This document shows positions 20,489 through 30,394 of a stretch of DNA of 64,000 nt, one piece after another (within the stretch, counting starts at the first letter, position 1; every line of letters begins with the position of its first letter). The notes under the pieces are model-generated. The model saw nothing but the letters and a program-made list of their open reading frames with translations. It was not told where the DNA came from and searched no databases. This DNA is from an uncultured Marinobacter sp. (GTDB lineage Bacteria > Pseudomonadota > Gammaproteobacteria > Pseudomonadales > Oleiphilaceae). The stretch is taken from contig CBIHLH010000002.1 of NCBI GenBank assembly GCA_966210405.1, positions 1,903 through 65,902 on the forward strand, written 5' to 3'. The position numbers were made by a program, and so were the translations under genes.

Positions 20489-21345
20489 TCAGCCTGACCC
20501 TTCCCTCTCCGGCCAAGCTGAACCTGTTTCTGCACATCGTGGGGCGCCGGCAGGATGGCTACCATGAGCTACAGACCCTGTTCCAGTTCCTGGACCACGG
20601 GGACGACCTCACCTTTACCCTCACCCCCAACCAGCCTGGCGTCCGGCTCGCTGGCTCCATGGCGGGGGTGGCGGACAACGACAACCTGATCCTCCGCGCC
20701 GCCAGAGCCCTGGCGGAGTGGGCCACTGACAACCCGCCCGGAGTCACCATCAGCGTCACCAAGCGCCTGCCCATGGGCGGTGGGCTGGGTGGCGGCAGCT
20801 CCAATGCCGCCACCACCCTGCTCGGCCTCAATCATCTCTGGCAACTGGGCCTGGGCGAGGAGGAACTGGCGGCCATCGGGCTGAGGCTCGGCGCCGACGT
20901 ACCGGTGTTTGTCCGGGGCTTCGCGGCCTTCGGTGAAGGGGTCGGAGAGCGCCTGCAACCGGCCTCACCACCGGAAGACTGGTTTTTGGTTCTAAAACCG
21001 GCCTGCGATATAAACACAGGTAAGATTTTTTCCGAGCAAGGGTTGACAAGGGATACCCCTAGAATCAAAATAGCGCCCGCTTTTGAGGGAGACGCCTCGA
21101 GGTACCGAAACGACTGTGAGGATGTAGTTCGCAAACTGTATCCTGAGGTTAACCGGAGCCTGGACTGGCTCGCACAATTCGGACCTGCAAGATTAACCGG
21201 AACCGGGGCTTGCATATTTGGACGTTTCCCGACAGAATCCGCAGCCCGGATCATCTGGGAAAGCAAACCCTCCGGCGTCACGGGGTTCGTAGCTAAAGGG
21301 GTGAACATTTCGCCTCTACACAAAAAGCTAACAGAGCTGAAATGA
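20485..21345 (+). CDS. ispE: 4-diphosphocytidyl-2-C-methyl-D-erythritol kinase
   Basis: [42 protein letters not shown]. Confidence 0.96.
   Translation: MISLTLPSPAKLNLFLHIVGRRQDGYHELQTLFQFLDHGDDLTFTLTPNQPGVRLAGSMAGVADNDNLILRAARALAEWATDNPPGVTISVTKRLPMGGGLGGGSSNAATTLLGLNHLWQLGLGEEELAAIGLRLGADVPVFVRGFAAFGEGVGERLQPASPPEDWFLVLKPACDINTGKIFSEQGLTRDTPRIKIAPAFEGDASRYRNDCEDVVRKLYPEVNRSLDWLAQFGPARLTGTGACIFGRFPTESAARIIWESKPSGVTGFVAKGVNISPLHKKLTELK
21043..21071 (+). promoter_or_regulatory. Sigma70-type promoter inside ispE, probably driving tRNA-Gln/prs
   Basis: TTGACA-17 nt-CAAAAT followed by a GC-rich discriminator (AGCGCCCGC). Confidence 0.6.
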
Positions 21346-21364
21346 TGCCAAAAAAGCACGATAC

Positions 21365-21439
21365 TGGGGTGTCGCCAAGTGGTAAGGCAACGGGTTTTGA
21401 TCCCGTCATGCGCAGGTTCGAATCCTGCCACCCCAGCCA
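21365..21439 (+). tRNA. tRNA-Gln(UUG)
   Basis: Cloverleaf TGGGGTG...CACCCCA-GCCA; anticodon arm ACGGG-TTTTGAT-CCCGT; T-loop GTTCGAATC. Confidence 0.96.
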
Positions 21440-21491
21440 CCTTTCTCCCGCTTCTTCTGAATCAACCGCCGATACCGAGAAGGATGCCATC

Positions 21492-22442
21492 GTGTCCAAA
21501 CTGATGATTTTTGCCGGCAACGCCAACCCGGAACTTGCCAAGGCCATCGCCCAGAAACTTCACATTCCCATGGGTCAGGCCACGGTAGGCCGCTTCAGCG
21601 ACGGCGAAACCACCGTCGAGATCAATGAGAATGTCCGTGGCCATGATGTCTTCATCATTCAGCCCACCTGTTACCCCACCAACGATAACCTGATGGAACT
21701 GATCGTGATGGCCGATGCACTTCGCCGTGCCTCCGCAACACGTGTCACCGCCGTTATCCCTTACTATGGATACGCCCGTCAGGATCGCCGTGTACGCTCT
21801 ACCCGCGTGGCCATCAGCGCCAAAGTGGTTGCCGACATGATTTCCAGCATCGGTGTTGACCGCGTTCTGACCGTCGACCTGCACGCCGATCAGATTCAGG
21901 GCTTCTTTGATATCCCGGTCGACAACATTTACGCCACGCCGGTGATGCTCGAAGACATCTTCAAGCAGCGTTTCGAGAACTTCGTGGTCGTTTCCCCGGA
22001 TGTTGGCGGCGTGGTTCGTGCCCGGGCCGTGGCCAAGCGCCTGGACGATGCCGACCTGGCCATCATCGACAAACGTCGCCCGAAGGCGAACGTGTCCCAG
22101 GTCATGCACATCATCGGTGACGTGAGAGACAAAACCTGCATCCTGGTGGACGACATCATCGATACCGCAGGCACCCTGTGCAAAGCGGCCAACGCCCTGA
22201 AAGAACATGGCGCCGCCCGTGTCGTGGCGTACATCACCCACCCGGTTCTCTCCGGTCCGGCTATTGACAACATCAATGCCTCCCAACTGGACGAACTGGT
22301 GGTGTGCGACACCATCCCGGTGAGTGACAAAGCGAAAAACTGTGATAGAATCCGCGTCCTCGGAATGGCCGGACTGCTGGCGGAGTCCATTCGACGCGTC
22401 AGCAACGAAGAGTCCATCAGCGCCATGTTCGAGAACGTCTGA
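21492..22442 (+). CDS. prs: Ribose-phosphate pyrophosphokinase
   Basis: [37 protein letters not shown]; GTG start at 21492. Confidence 0.97.
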   Translation: MSKLMIFAGNANPELAKAIAQKLHIPMGQATVGRFSDGETTVEINENVRGHDVFIIQPTCYPTNDNLMELIVMADALRRASATRVTAVIPYYGYARQDRRVRSTRVAISAKVVADMISSIGVDRVLTVDLHADQIQGFFDIPVDNIYATPVMLEDIFKQRFENFVVVSPDVGGVVRARAVAKRLDDADLAIIDKRRPKANVSQVMHIIGDVRDKTCILVDDIIDTAGTLCKAANALKEHGAARVVAYITHPVLSGPAIDNINASQLDELVVCDTIPVSDKAKNCDRIRVLGMAGLLAESIRRVSNEESISAMFENV

Positions 22443-22477
22443 ACGGATATTAATCAGGCGTTACAAGCAGTTACCGG

Positions 22478-22509
22478 GTCGGGAGCCTAAACAGGCTCCC
22501 GACTCTTTT
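22478..22509 (+). terminator. Intrinsic terminator after prs
   Basis: GTCGGGAGCCT-aaac-AGGCTCCCGAC followed by TCTTTT. Confidence 0.8.
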
Positions 22510-22541
22510 AGTCAGCCGGGAAATCCGGCTTTTCAGAAACA

Positions 22542-22580
22542 TCACCTGATCCAACGCCTGGTCGCGGGCAGTTCAGGTGA
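22542..22580 (+). promoter_or_regulatory. Probable L25 (rplY) autogenous-control leader hairpin
   Basis: TCACCTGA...CTGGTCGCGG...TCAGGTGA stem just before the rplY RBS; the GGTCGC core resembles gammaproteobacterial L25 leaders. Confidence 0.55.
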
Positions 22581-22597
22581 CGATTGAGGTTAATACC

Positions 22598-23242
22598 ATG
22601 TCTCAGGAATTTGTTATCGAAGCATTTCCTCGCGACGATCAGGGGAGAGGTGCGAGCCGCCGCCTGCGTCGTGAAGAGCGTAAAATTCCGGCCATCATCT
22701 ATGGTGGCGGGAAAGACGCTACGCCGGTTGCCATCTGGCACAACGAGCTGAAAAAGGCGCTGGAAAACGAAGCCTTCTTCTCTCACGTTCTGACCGTTGA
22801 GCTGAACGGCAAGAAAGAAAGCGTGATCCTCAAGGATCTGCAGCGTCACCCGTACAAGCCTACCCTGACCCACGCTGACTTCCTGCGTGTTGACAAGGAT
22901 CACGAGATTCACGTGAACGTGCCGCTGCACTTCATGAACGAAGAGAGCGCGCCGGCCATCAAACTGCAGGGTGGCGTAGCAAACCACCAGATCACGGAAG
23001 TGGAAGTGATCTGTCTGCCGCAGAACCTGCCTGAGTTCATCGAAGTGGATATGGCCACTGTCGAAATGGACCAGGTGGTCCACCTGAGCGACCTGAAACT
23101 GCCGAAAGGCGTCAAGGTTGCGGCTCTGCTGCAGGGCGAAGATCACGACCTGCCTGTTGTGGCTATCCACAAGCCGCGCGGTGCCAAGGTTGATGACGCC
23201 GAAAACGGCGAAGAAGGTGAAGAAGGCGAAGACAAGGAGTAA
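22598..23242 (+). CDS. rplY: 50S ribosomal protein L25/CTC
   Basis: GASRRLRR..KIPAIIYGG, LQRHP, HADF plus the CTC C-terminal domain. Confidence 0.96.
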   Translation: MSQEFVIEAFPRDDQGRGASRRLRREERKIPAIIYGGGKDATPVAIWHNELKKALENEAFFSHVLTVELNGKKESVILKDLQRHPYKPTLTHADFLRVDKDHEIHVNVPLHFMNEESAPAIKLQGGVANHQITEVEVICLPQNLPEFIEVDMATVEMDQVVHLSDLKLPKGVKVAALLQGEDHDLPVVAIHKPRGAKVDDAENGEEGEEGEDKE

Positions 23243-23272
23243 TCGCTCCTGTACTTATAAGGGCAATGGCGG

Positions 23273-23860
23273 ATGGCACAGGATATCCTCATGGTGGTCG
23301 GTCTGGGTAATCCCGGAGCCGACTATGAGAATACCCGTCATAACGCCGGCGCCCTGTTCGTCGAAGCTCTGGCCCGCTCTACGGGCCAGACGCTCCGCCC
23401 CGAAAAGAAGTACCATGGGCTCTACGCCCGCATTCAGTGGCAGGGCCTGGACCTGCATCTGCTGAATCCCTCCACGTTCATGAACCGCAGCGGCCTGGCC
23501 ATCAAGGCACTGGCGGATTTCTTCAAGATTCAGCCCCAACAGATACTGGTTGCCCACGACGACCTCGACCTGCCACCGGGTACTGCCAAGCTCAAAAAAG
23601 GTGGCGGCCACGGGGGCCACAACGGTCTGCGGGACAGCATTGCCCATCTGGGCACCAACGACTTTCAAAGACTTCGCATTGGCATTGGCCACCCTGGCGA
23701 CAGCCGCAAGGTGACCGGTTATGTTCTAGGCCGCCTGGGCAAGCAGGAAACCGAAGAACTGAACGCCGTCATTGATGAAATTATCCGGGTACTGCCCGAT
23801 GCGGCCAGCGGCAAACTCTCCGCCGCCATGAATCGCTTGCACAGTTTCAAACCGGTATAA
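23273..23860 (+). CDS. pth: Peptidyl-tRNA hydrolase
   Basis: VGLGNPG, TRHNAG, FMNRSG, HDDLD, GHNGLR. Confidence 0.97.
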   Translation: MAQDILMVVGLGNPGADYENTRHNAGALFVEALARSTGQTLRPEKKYHGLYARIQWQGLDLHLLNPSTFMNRSGLAIKALADFFKIQPQQILVAHDDLDLPPGTAKLKKGGGHGGHNGLRDSIAHLGTNDFQRLRIGIGHPGDSRKVTGYVLGRLGKQETEELNAVIDEIIRVLPDAASGKLSAAMNRLHSFKPV

Positions 23861-23896
23861 TCCGCGCAAACTTTCCAGCACCAGCAGAGGCATTCC

Positions 23897-24988
23897 ATGG
23901 GATTTAACTGCGGCATCGTCGGCCTTCCCAACGTCGGCAAATCCACCCTGTTCAACGCACTGACCAAGGCCGGCATCGGCGCGGAAAACTTCCCGTTTTG
24001 TACCATCGAGCCCAACGCCGGTGTGGTGGCCATGCCCGACCCCCGCCTGAACAAGCTCGCCGAAATCGTGAAGCCGGAAAAGGTCGTGGCAACCACGATG
24101 GAATTCGTCGATATCGCGGGCCTCGTGGCAGGCGCCTCCAAAGGCGAAGGCCTGGGCAACCAGTTCCTGGCCAACATCCGCCAGACCGATGCCATCGCCC
24201 ACGTTGTGCGCTGCTTCGACGACAGCAACGTCATCCACGTGGCCAACAAGATTGACCCGGCGTCCGACATTGACGTCATCAACACCGAACTCGCCCTGGC
24301 GGACATGGACACCGTGGAGAAAGCCATCAAACGGGTCCAGCGCGTGGCCAAGAGTGGCGACAAGACCGCCAAGGCGCAACTGGAGATATTCGAGCGCCTG
24401 CTGCCGGTACTGAACGAAGGCAAGCCCGTGCGCGGCATGGGGCTCGACAAGGACGAGATGGCGCTGATCCGTGAGCTGTGCCTGCTCACCGTCAAACCCA
24501 CCATGTATATCGCCAACGTGGATGAGAACGGCTTCGAGAATAACCCCTACCTAGACCAGGTGCGGGAAATTGCCGAGGCTGAGAATGCAGTCGTTGTGCC
24601 GATCTGCAACAAGATGGAAGCGGAAATCGCAGAATTGGAAGACGATGAAAAAGCCATTTTCCTGGAAGAAATGGGCATGGACGAGCCCGGCCTGGACCGG
24701 GTAATCCGCGGTGGCTACCGTCTGCTGGACCTGCAAACCTACTTCACCGCCGGGGTAAAGGAAGTGCGCGCCTGGACCGTTCGGGTGGGCGCCACCGCGC
24801 CCCAGGCGGCCGGCGTGATCCACACCGATTTCGAACGCGGGTTTATCCGCGCGGAAGTGGTCAGCTACGACGATTTCGTACAATACAACGGCGAAGCCGG
24901 CGCCAAGGATGCCGGCAAGTGGCGCCTGGAAGGCAAGGACTACATCGTAAAGGACGGCGACGTTATTCACTTCCGGTTTAACGTTTAA
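23897..24988 (+). CDS. ychF: Ribosome-binding ATPase YchF
   Basis: [42 protein letters not shown]. Confidence 0.97.
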   Translation: MGFNCGIVGLPNVGKSTLFNALTKAGIGAENFPFCTIEPNAGVVAMPDPRLNKLAEIVKPEKVVATTMEFVDIAGLVAGASKGEGLGNQFLANIRQTDAIAHVVRCFDDSNVIHVANKIDPASDIDVINTELALADMDTVEKAIKRVQRVAKSGDKTAKAQLEIFERLLPVLNEGKPVRGMGLDKDEMALIRELCLLTVKPTMYIANVDENGFENNPYLDQVREIAEAENAVVVPICNKMEAEIAELEDDEKAIFLEEMGMDEPGLDRVIRGGYRLLDLQTYFTAGVKEVRAWTVRVGATAPQAAGVIHTDFERGFIRAEVVSYDDFVQYNGEAGAKDAGKWRLEGKDYIVKDGDVIHFRFNV

Positions 24989-25740
24989 TGAACCGGCAAT
25001 CGGGCGCCTTTGGGCGGGCGATCGATGTGGGGGCAGTTCTCACACAGCGCCAGATCCGGCAGCCGGTAACGGATACAGCACTGGCGGCGTTGGCGCAGGG
25101 GTGAAGGGCCGGCCGCCCGTTCCACATAGCGCACTGGACTGGACATGGGGTTCCGGCTGCCATCTGGACGACGCTTCCACTCAATCAGGTGCTCTCCGTC
25201 CGCGAGCAGGTCTGCCGGTAGCCCAAGACCGGCCATCGCCCGAACCAGCCATTCCACGTAGTTGGCGGCGTTATTCCACAGCACCTTTCGAGACAGCTTC
25301 ACTTGCAGGCTCCAACCCTCAATGAGTGGCTCGAAGTTACCCTCCAGGAGCTCCCGGAAACGGTCAAAGGGGTCCGCCGGTCTGGTTGCAAACGGCTCGC
25401 CCTCATGGGGTATCCGGAAGGCTTCTGGCAGGCCCTCATCCCCCAGGATGACTTCGAGCCTGTCCAGACCCACGGGCAACTCGTGCCCCAGCACCAGGTT
25501 TGCCGCCACCGTTGGCACAATCAGCTTCACGAAATACATCCGGGACCACTGGGAAACCAGTGCCCGCCGGTCATCGCCAGGCTGAAACCGGCGATACTGT
25601 TCCAGCATCCGGGCCAGCCCCTCAGTAGTGATCAGATCCCGGGCGGGAAAAGCCTCCCTGGGATCGTCTGGCAGAACCAGTACATCGCGATAAGACTCAA
25701 AATCCCCGACAAACAGCGGAGCAAGGGCGCGAATGCTCAT
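24985..25740 (-). CDS. fhuF: Siderophore-iron reductase FhuF family
   Basis: C-terminal CC-x10-C-x2-C [2Fe-2S] motif ([20 protein letters not shown]), LWNNAA. Confidence 0.88.
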   Translation of the reverse strand: MSIRALAPLFVGDFESYRDVLVLPDDPREAFPARDLITTEGLARMLEQYRRFQPGDDRRALVSQWSRMYFVKLIVPTVAANLVLGHELPVGLDRLEVILGDEGLPEAFRIPHEGEPFATRPADPFDRFRELLEGNFEPLIEGWSLQVKLSRKVLWNNAANYVEWLVRAMAGLGLPADLLADGEHLIEWKRRPDGSRNPMSSPVRYVERAAGPSPLRQRRQCCIRYRLPDLALCENCPHIDRPPKGARLPVH

Positions 25741-25863
25741 TGAACAGGTAACTCATCAACGTTGGGAAAGCAGGACACAGGAGCCGGATAACCTATCGCG
25801 CACTGCCCAAAGAAGCATTCCAGATCTTCCCTGATACCCCGGGCGGATGGGCTCGGCCATCTG

Positions 25864-25908
25864 CAAATAATAATCGATCACATATAAGCATAATTAGCAT
25901 TTATATTT
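25864..25908. promoter_or_regulatory. AT-rich putative Fur-binding region upstream of fhuF
   Basis: AAATAATAATCGATCACATATAAGCATAATTAGCATTTAT resembles overlapping GATAAT-type hexamers, upstream of an iron-reductase gene. Confidence 0.5.
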
Positions 25909-26075
25909 CAAGGCTCGTCCTGAATATATACGGAGACCCTGGGGGAAGGAAAATCCAAAAAACTGAAAACATCGCTGATGCGGCACGTATTTATAAGTTA
26001 TTGTTTAAAAAAGAATTGATAACAGAACGGCCATTACCGACAAGGATTGGATGGCTCGGGCTGGACAACAGCCCC

Positions 26076-26104
26076 TTGACAGCCCCCACCCCCAACCATA
26101 AGAT
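26076..26104 (+). promoter_or_regulatory. Sigma70 promoter of tRNA-Met
   Basis: TTGACA-17 nt-TAAGAT followed by GC-rich discriminator ACGCGCCGC. Confidence 0.75.
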
Positions 26105-26131
26105 ACGCGCCGCTTCCATTGGTGAAGTGAC

Positions 26132-26208
26132 GGCAAGGTAGCTCAGTTGGTTAGAGCACAGCACTCATAATGCTGGGGTCGGCGGTTCGACTCCGCCCCT
26201 TGCTACCA
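26132..26208 (+). tRNA. tRNA-Met(CAU), elongator-like
   Basis: GGCAAGG...CCTTGCT-ACCA; anticodon arm CAGCA-CTCATAA-TGCTG; resembles elongator Met rather than fMet. Confidence 0.93.
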
Positions 26209-26216
26209 GTATTCCG

Positions 26217-26246
26217 AAAAGCCCGACTCGAAAGAGCCGGGCTTTT
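26217..26246. terminator. Bidirectional intrinsic terminator between tRNA-Met and the SMR gene
   Basis: AAAAGCCCG...CGGGCTTTT with inner CTC-GAAA-GAG. Confidence 0.8.
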
Positions 26247-26273
26247 CTGCTTCCGGCGGTCGGCAAACCGCCC

Positions 26274-26609
26274 TCACCCATGCCCACCGGACGTTGACAG
26301 CACGTTCAGGATCACCACACCGGCTACGATCAGTGCCATACCCAGCATCCCCCAGGCATCCAGTTTCTGGCCAAACACCAGCCAGCCGGCCAGGGCCACC
26401 AGCAGAATGCCCAGCCCAGCCCATATGGCGTAGGCGGTGCCTATCGGGATACTTCTCAGGGCCAGCGCCAGCAGGTAGAACGCCACGCTGTAACCGATCA
26501 CCACAATCAGTGACGGCCACAGCCGGGTGAATCCATCGCTGGCCTTGAGAAACGACGTCGCCACCACTTCGGCCACAATAGCCAGTGCCAGATAGACCCA
26601 GTTAACCAT
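26274..26609 (-). CDS. SMR-family small multidrug efflux protein (EmrE/QacE-like)
   Basis: LAIVAEVVATSFLKASDGF, IGTAYAIWAGLG; four transmembrane segments. Confidence 0.92.
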   Translation of the reverse strand: MVNWVYLALAIVAEVVATSFLKASDGFTRLWPSLIVVIGYSVAFYLLALALRSIPIGTAYAIWAGLGILLVALAGWLVFGQKLDAWGMLGMALIVAGVVILNVLSTSGGHG

Positions 26610-26670
26610 CAAACCTCTCCATCAAACCTCTCCATTAAACCCCTCCATCAGCTCTCTCCAGCCCACCTCT
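26606..26670. repeat. Five tandem 13-bp units (CCATCAAACCTCT consensus) over the SMR start
   Basis: CCATCAAACCTCT x2, then CCATTAAACCCCT, CCATCAGCTCTCT, CCAGCCCACCTCT. Confidence 0.9.
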
Positions 26671-26682
26671 GCACGCGTTTCA

Positions 26683-27705
26683 TCAAATCTGGCGGAGGGC
26701 TGAACGCAGTTCCGAGCCCGACCAGCGTCGCCGGCTGAGTTCGCATTCATGCACCAGCGCCACCAGCCGGGCGTTGACTGGCGCCAGCCTACCCACCTGC
26801 TCAGCCAGTCGCACCACTTCGCCGTTGATCCAGTCCACCTCGGTGGGCCGCCCGGCTTCCAGGTCCTCCCACATGGACGAGCGGGCAATGGGGTCGATGG
26901 CCAGCATTCTGGCCGCCAGGCGCCTGAACAGCCAGTCCGGCGTTCGCATCACCCGTGGGATCCATGCCATGGGCAAGGCGGTCAGCCTGACCGTCTGTAC
27001 GCCTGCCGCCGCCAGCAACGCCAGGGTTTCCTCCTGGGCCATGGCCAGGCACTGGCGGTAGTCCCGCTGTTGCAGCTCTGCCAGCAGGGGCACACCGGAG
27101 AGCGCGTTGATCGGGTTGTTGAGATTCAGGAGCAGCTTGGACCAGAGCACCGAGCGCATGTCGTCTCGCAGCTCCAGGGGCAGCCCGGCATTCTCGAAAT
27201 ACGGCAGAACCTCGGCCAGCCCGGGGTGGCGGGCGCACATCAGGTGGCCCTCGGTACCATGGTGAAAGTGCCCTGGGGACTTCTGCAACACGTTGAACGG
27301 AATCATCCCCGGCAGCACCTGGGCGCCCGGCAATGCCGCCTGCAGGCGTTCGGCGTTGGAGACACCGTTTTGCAGGCTGATCACGGGAACACCTGCGGGC
27401 AGCCAGGGCGCCAACTGCCGACCCGCATCGACCGTCGCCGCGGACTTTACGCAGACCAGCACCAGGTCGGCGTTGGCGGCCACCTCCGGGCCGGTGACGT
27501 ACTGGCCGTCGTTCAATTGAACCTGATGGTGGAATCCCCGGTAGTCCGTGACCACCAGCGGCGTTTCCGCCAGAGTAGTCGCCAGACGCGGCCGGCCAAC
27601 CATCACCACGTCTGCCCCCGCCGACAGCAGTCGTCCTCCCACGTAGCAGCCAACACTGCCGGCACCCACTATCACAATCCGGGGTGAAGTCTTGTTATTG
27701 GTCAT
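26683..27705 (-). CDS. 2-dehydropantoate 2-reductase (PanE/ApbA family)
   Basis: IVGAGSVGCYVGG, LVCVKS, SLQNG, WSKLLLNL.N, SSMWED..AGRPTEVD; start ATG 27705. Confidence 0.88.
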   Translation of the reverse strand: MTNNKTSPRIVIVGAGSVGCYVGGRLLSAGADVVMVGRPRLATTLAETPLVVTDYRGFHHQVQLNDGQYVTGPEVAANADLVLVCVKSAATVDAGRQLAPWLPAGVPVISLQNGVSNAERLQAALPGAQVLPGMIPFNVLQKSPGHFHHGTEGHLMCARHPGLAEVLPYFENAGLPLELRDDMRSVLWSKLLLNLNNPINALSGVPLLAELQQRDYRQCLAMAQEETLALLAAAGVQTVRLTALPMAWIPRVMRTPDWLFRRLAARMLAIDPIARSSMWEDLEAGRPTEVDWINGEVVRLAEQVGRLAPVNARLVALVHECELSRRRWSGSELRSALRQI

Positions 27706-27876
27706 CGTGCGCTCCCGTGTCAATGTGGAAAGATTGTATAGGAACCGACCGGCAACCGGAGAATCCGGGCCTACACTTCTCTTGAATCCCTCTCCAGTCC
27801 CTCTCACATCCGGCGGGCTGTGCCATACTCGCTGACTGGAACCCCCGACAATAACCAACCAGCAAGGACCGTTGTT

Positions 27877-29134
27877 ATGAAACCGGAAACCCTGGCCCTG
27901 CATGCGGGCTTCAAGAGCGACCCAACCACCCGGGCCGCCACCACGCCGATCTATCAGACCACCTCGTACACCTTTGACGATACCCAGCACGGTGCGGATC
28001 TGTTTGACCTGAAGGTTCAGGGCAACATCTATACTCGCATCATGAACCCCACCAATGCCGTGCTGGAAGAGCGAATGGCGGCACTGGAAGGCGGCGTTGG
28101 TGCCCTGGCCGTGGCTTCGGGCATGGCGGCGATCACCTATGCCCTGCAAACCATCTGCAAGGTCGGCAACAACCTCGTCAGTACCAGCCAACTGTACGGT
28201 GGCACCTATAACCTGTTTGCCCATTCCCTGCCAAACCAGGGTATTGACTGTCGTATGGTGCCGCACGACGATTTCGACGCCGTGGAACAGGCCATTGATG
28301 AAAACACCCGCGTGCTGTTCTGCGAGTCCATCGGTAACCCGGCGGGCAATGTGGTGGACATCCAACGCTGGGCCGAGATTGCCCACCGCCACGGCATTCC
28401 GCTGATGGTGGACAACACGGTGGCCACCCCGTTCCTGTGCCGGCCGTTTGATCACGGCGCCGATATCGTCGTGCACTCGCTCACCAAGTACATTGGCGGG
28501 GGTGGTGGTGGATTCCGGCAAGTTCGACTGGAAAGCCAGCGCCGCCAAGTTTCCGATGCTGAACGAGCCGGACCCGTCCTACCATGGCGTGGTCTACACC
28601 GATGCCCTGGGCCCGGCCGCGTTCATCGGCCGCTGCCGGGTGGTTCCCCTGCGCAACACCGGCGCCGCCCTGGCGCCCTTCAATGCCTTCCTGATCATGC
28701 AGGGCCTGGAAACCCTGGGGCTGCGCATGGAGCGCCACTGTGAGAACGCGGAGAAAGTTGCCAACTTCCTTCAGCGGCACCCGGCGGTGGAATGGGTCAA
28801 CTACGCCACCCTGGCCGACAGCCCTTACAAGGCCACCTGCGACAAAATCTGCGGCGGCAAGGCCTCCGGTATACTGAGCTTTGGCATTCAGGGCGGCCGG
28901 GAAGCCGGCGCCCGGTTTATTGATGCGCTGGATATGGTCCTGCGCCTGGTGAACATCGGGGATGCCAAATCCCTGGCCTGCCACCCGGCCACCACAACCC
29001 ACCGCCAACTGAACCCGGACGAGCTGAAGAGCGCGGGCGTGAGCGAGGATCTGGTGCGCCTGTCCATCGGCATCGAACACGTTGACGATATCATCGCCGA
29101 CATCACCCAGGCACTGGACGCCGCCCGGGTTTGA
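27877..29134 (+). pseudogene. metY: O-acetylhomoserine aminocarboxypropyltransferase (MetY/Cys-Met PLP family), frameshifted
   Basis: Frame 1 gives TPIYQTTSY, YTRIMNPT...HSLTKYIGG. Frame 2 resumes VVVDSGKFDW...LVNIGDAKSL..HPA.TTH..RLSIGIE. The conserved GHG segment is missing at about 28495-28505. Confidence 0.85.
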
Positions 29135-29142
29135 CCAAGGTC

Positions 29143-29170
29143 AACGGGTACGACGAAAGTCGTGCCCGTT
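29143..29170 (+). terminator. Hairpin after metY
   Basis: AACGGGTACGAC-GAAA-GTCGTGCCCGTT. Confidence 0.6.
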
Positions 29171-29261
29171 ACCCCCGTGATTGCCCCTATCTGCCTTGTA
29201 ACTACCCTGCCCGCCCTTTACTCTTTAGTATTCCCGCAGTCTTAATGAGAGTCCGGTTGCA

Positions 29262-30305
29262 ATGAGCGACACCGCAAAACCCCGCATTACCAGTGGTTCC
29301 AAATTCCGTAACGAGCACGGCTTTTCCGCCATCAAGGATGGCGTCAAGCGGTCATCGACGCAGGAAGCCACGCCGGTCGCGCGCAAGCCCAAATGGCTGC
29401 GGGCCCGCATGCCGGGGGGCGAACGCTATGAGGCCGTGCGCAAGAACGTGAGCGAGCATCGCCTGAGCACCGTGTGCCAGGAGTCCCACTGCCCCAACAT
29501 CGGGGAGTGCTGGACCGCCGGTACGGCCACCATCATGGTGATGGGCTCGGTGTGTACCCGGGCCTGCAAGTTCTGCGCGGTGGACACCGGCAACCCGAAG
29601 GGCTGGCTGGATCATGAGGAACCCGAGAACACCGCCAAATCCGTGGAACTGATGGGGCTGCGCTACATCGTGCTGACCTCCGTCGACCGGGACGACCTGG
29701 ACGATGGCGGTGCTGCCCACTATGCCGCCTGCGTGGCCGCCATCAAGCAGCGCACACCCGAAGTGGCCGTGGAGGCCCTGACCCCGGATTTTGATGCGGT
29801 GATGCCTCACGTTGAGAAAGTGGTCGATTCCGGCCTTGATGTCTTTGCCCAGAATGTCGAGACCGTCAAGCGACTGACCCGCCGGGTCCGGGACCCGCGC
29901 GCGGGCTATGAAAAAACCCTGAGCGTACTCGCCCACGCCAAGCAACACCGGCCAGACGTACTCACCAAAACCAGCCTGATGCTGGGCCTGGGTGAAACCG
30001 AGGACGAAATCCTGGAAACCATGGACGACCTCCGCGCCATTGGCGTTGACATCCTCACCCTCGGCCAGTACCTGCGCCCCACCCCGAACCACCTCCCGGT
30101 TGAACGCTACGTCACCCCGGAGGAGTTCAACCATTTCCGGGATATCGGACTGGAGAAGGGCTTTATGGAAGTCCCCTCCGGCCCGATGGTGCGCTCCAGT
30201 TACCGCGCCGACAAGGTGTTCGACAAAAACAACCTCGGCCTGGCCGTGCCGAACGTACCGCAAAGCAGCAACGCCATGCAGATTCCGGTGAAGGCCATCG
30301 ACTGA
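29262..30305 (+). CDS. lipA: Lipoyl synthase
   Basis: [20 protein letters not shown] (radical SAM), RSSYRA. Confidence 0.96.
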   Translation: MSDTAKPRITSGSKFRNEHGFSAIKDGVKRSSTQEATPVARKPKWLRARMPGGERYEAVRKNVSEHRLSTVCQESHCPNIGECWTAGTATIMVMGSVCTRACKFCAVDTGNPKGWLDHEEPENTAKSVELMGLRYIVLTSVDRDDLDDGGAAHYAACVAAIKQRTPEVAVEALTPDFDAVMPHVEKVVDSGLDVFAQNVETVKRLTRRVRDPRAGYEKTLSVLAHAKQHRPDVLTKTSLMLGLGETEDEILETMDDLRAIGVDILTLGQYLRPTPNHLPVERYVTPEEFNHFRDIGLEKGFMEVPSGPMVRSSYRADKVFDKNNLGLAVPNVPQSSNAMQIPVKAID

Positions 30306-30394
30306 TCGATCCCGGGCGACGCGTCGTCCAGGGTCACGGTTCACCGAGGTTTGTGGCACACTCTGCACTCGTTTCATCAGCAGAGTAGTGTTCC

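Noticed and set aside
26683-28548. 621-aa ORF in the track
   Set aside because: Only the last 340 aa (PanE-like) are real. The N-terminal part is an antisense shadow of metY.
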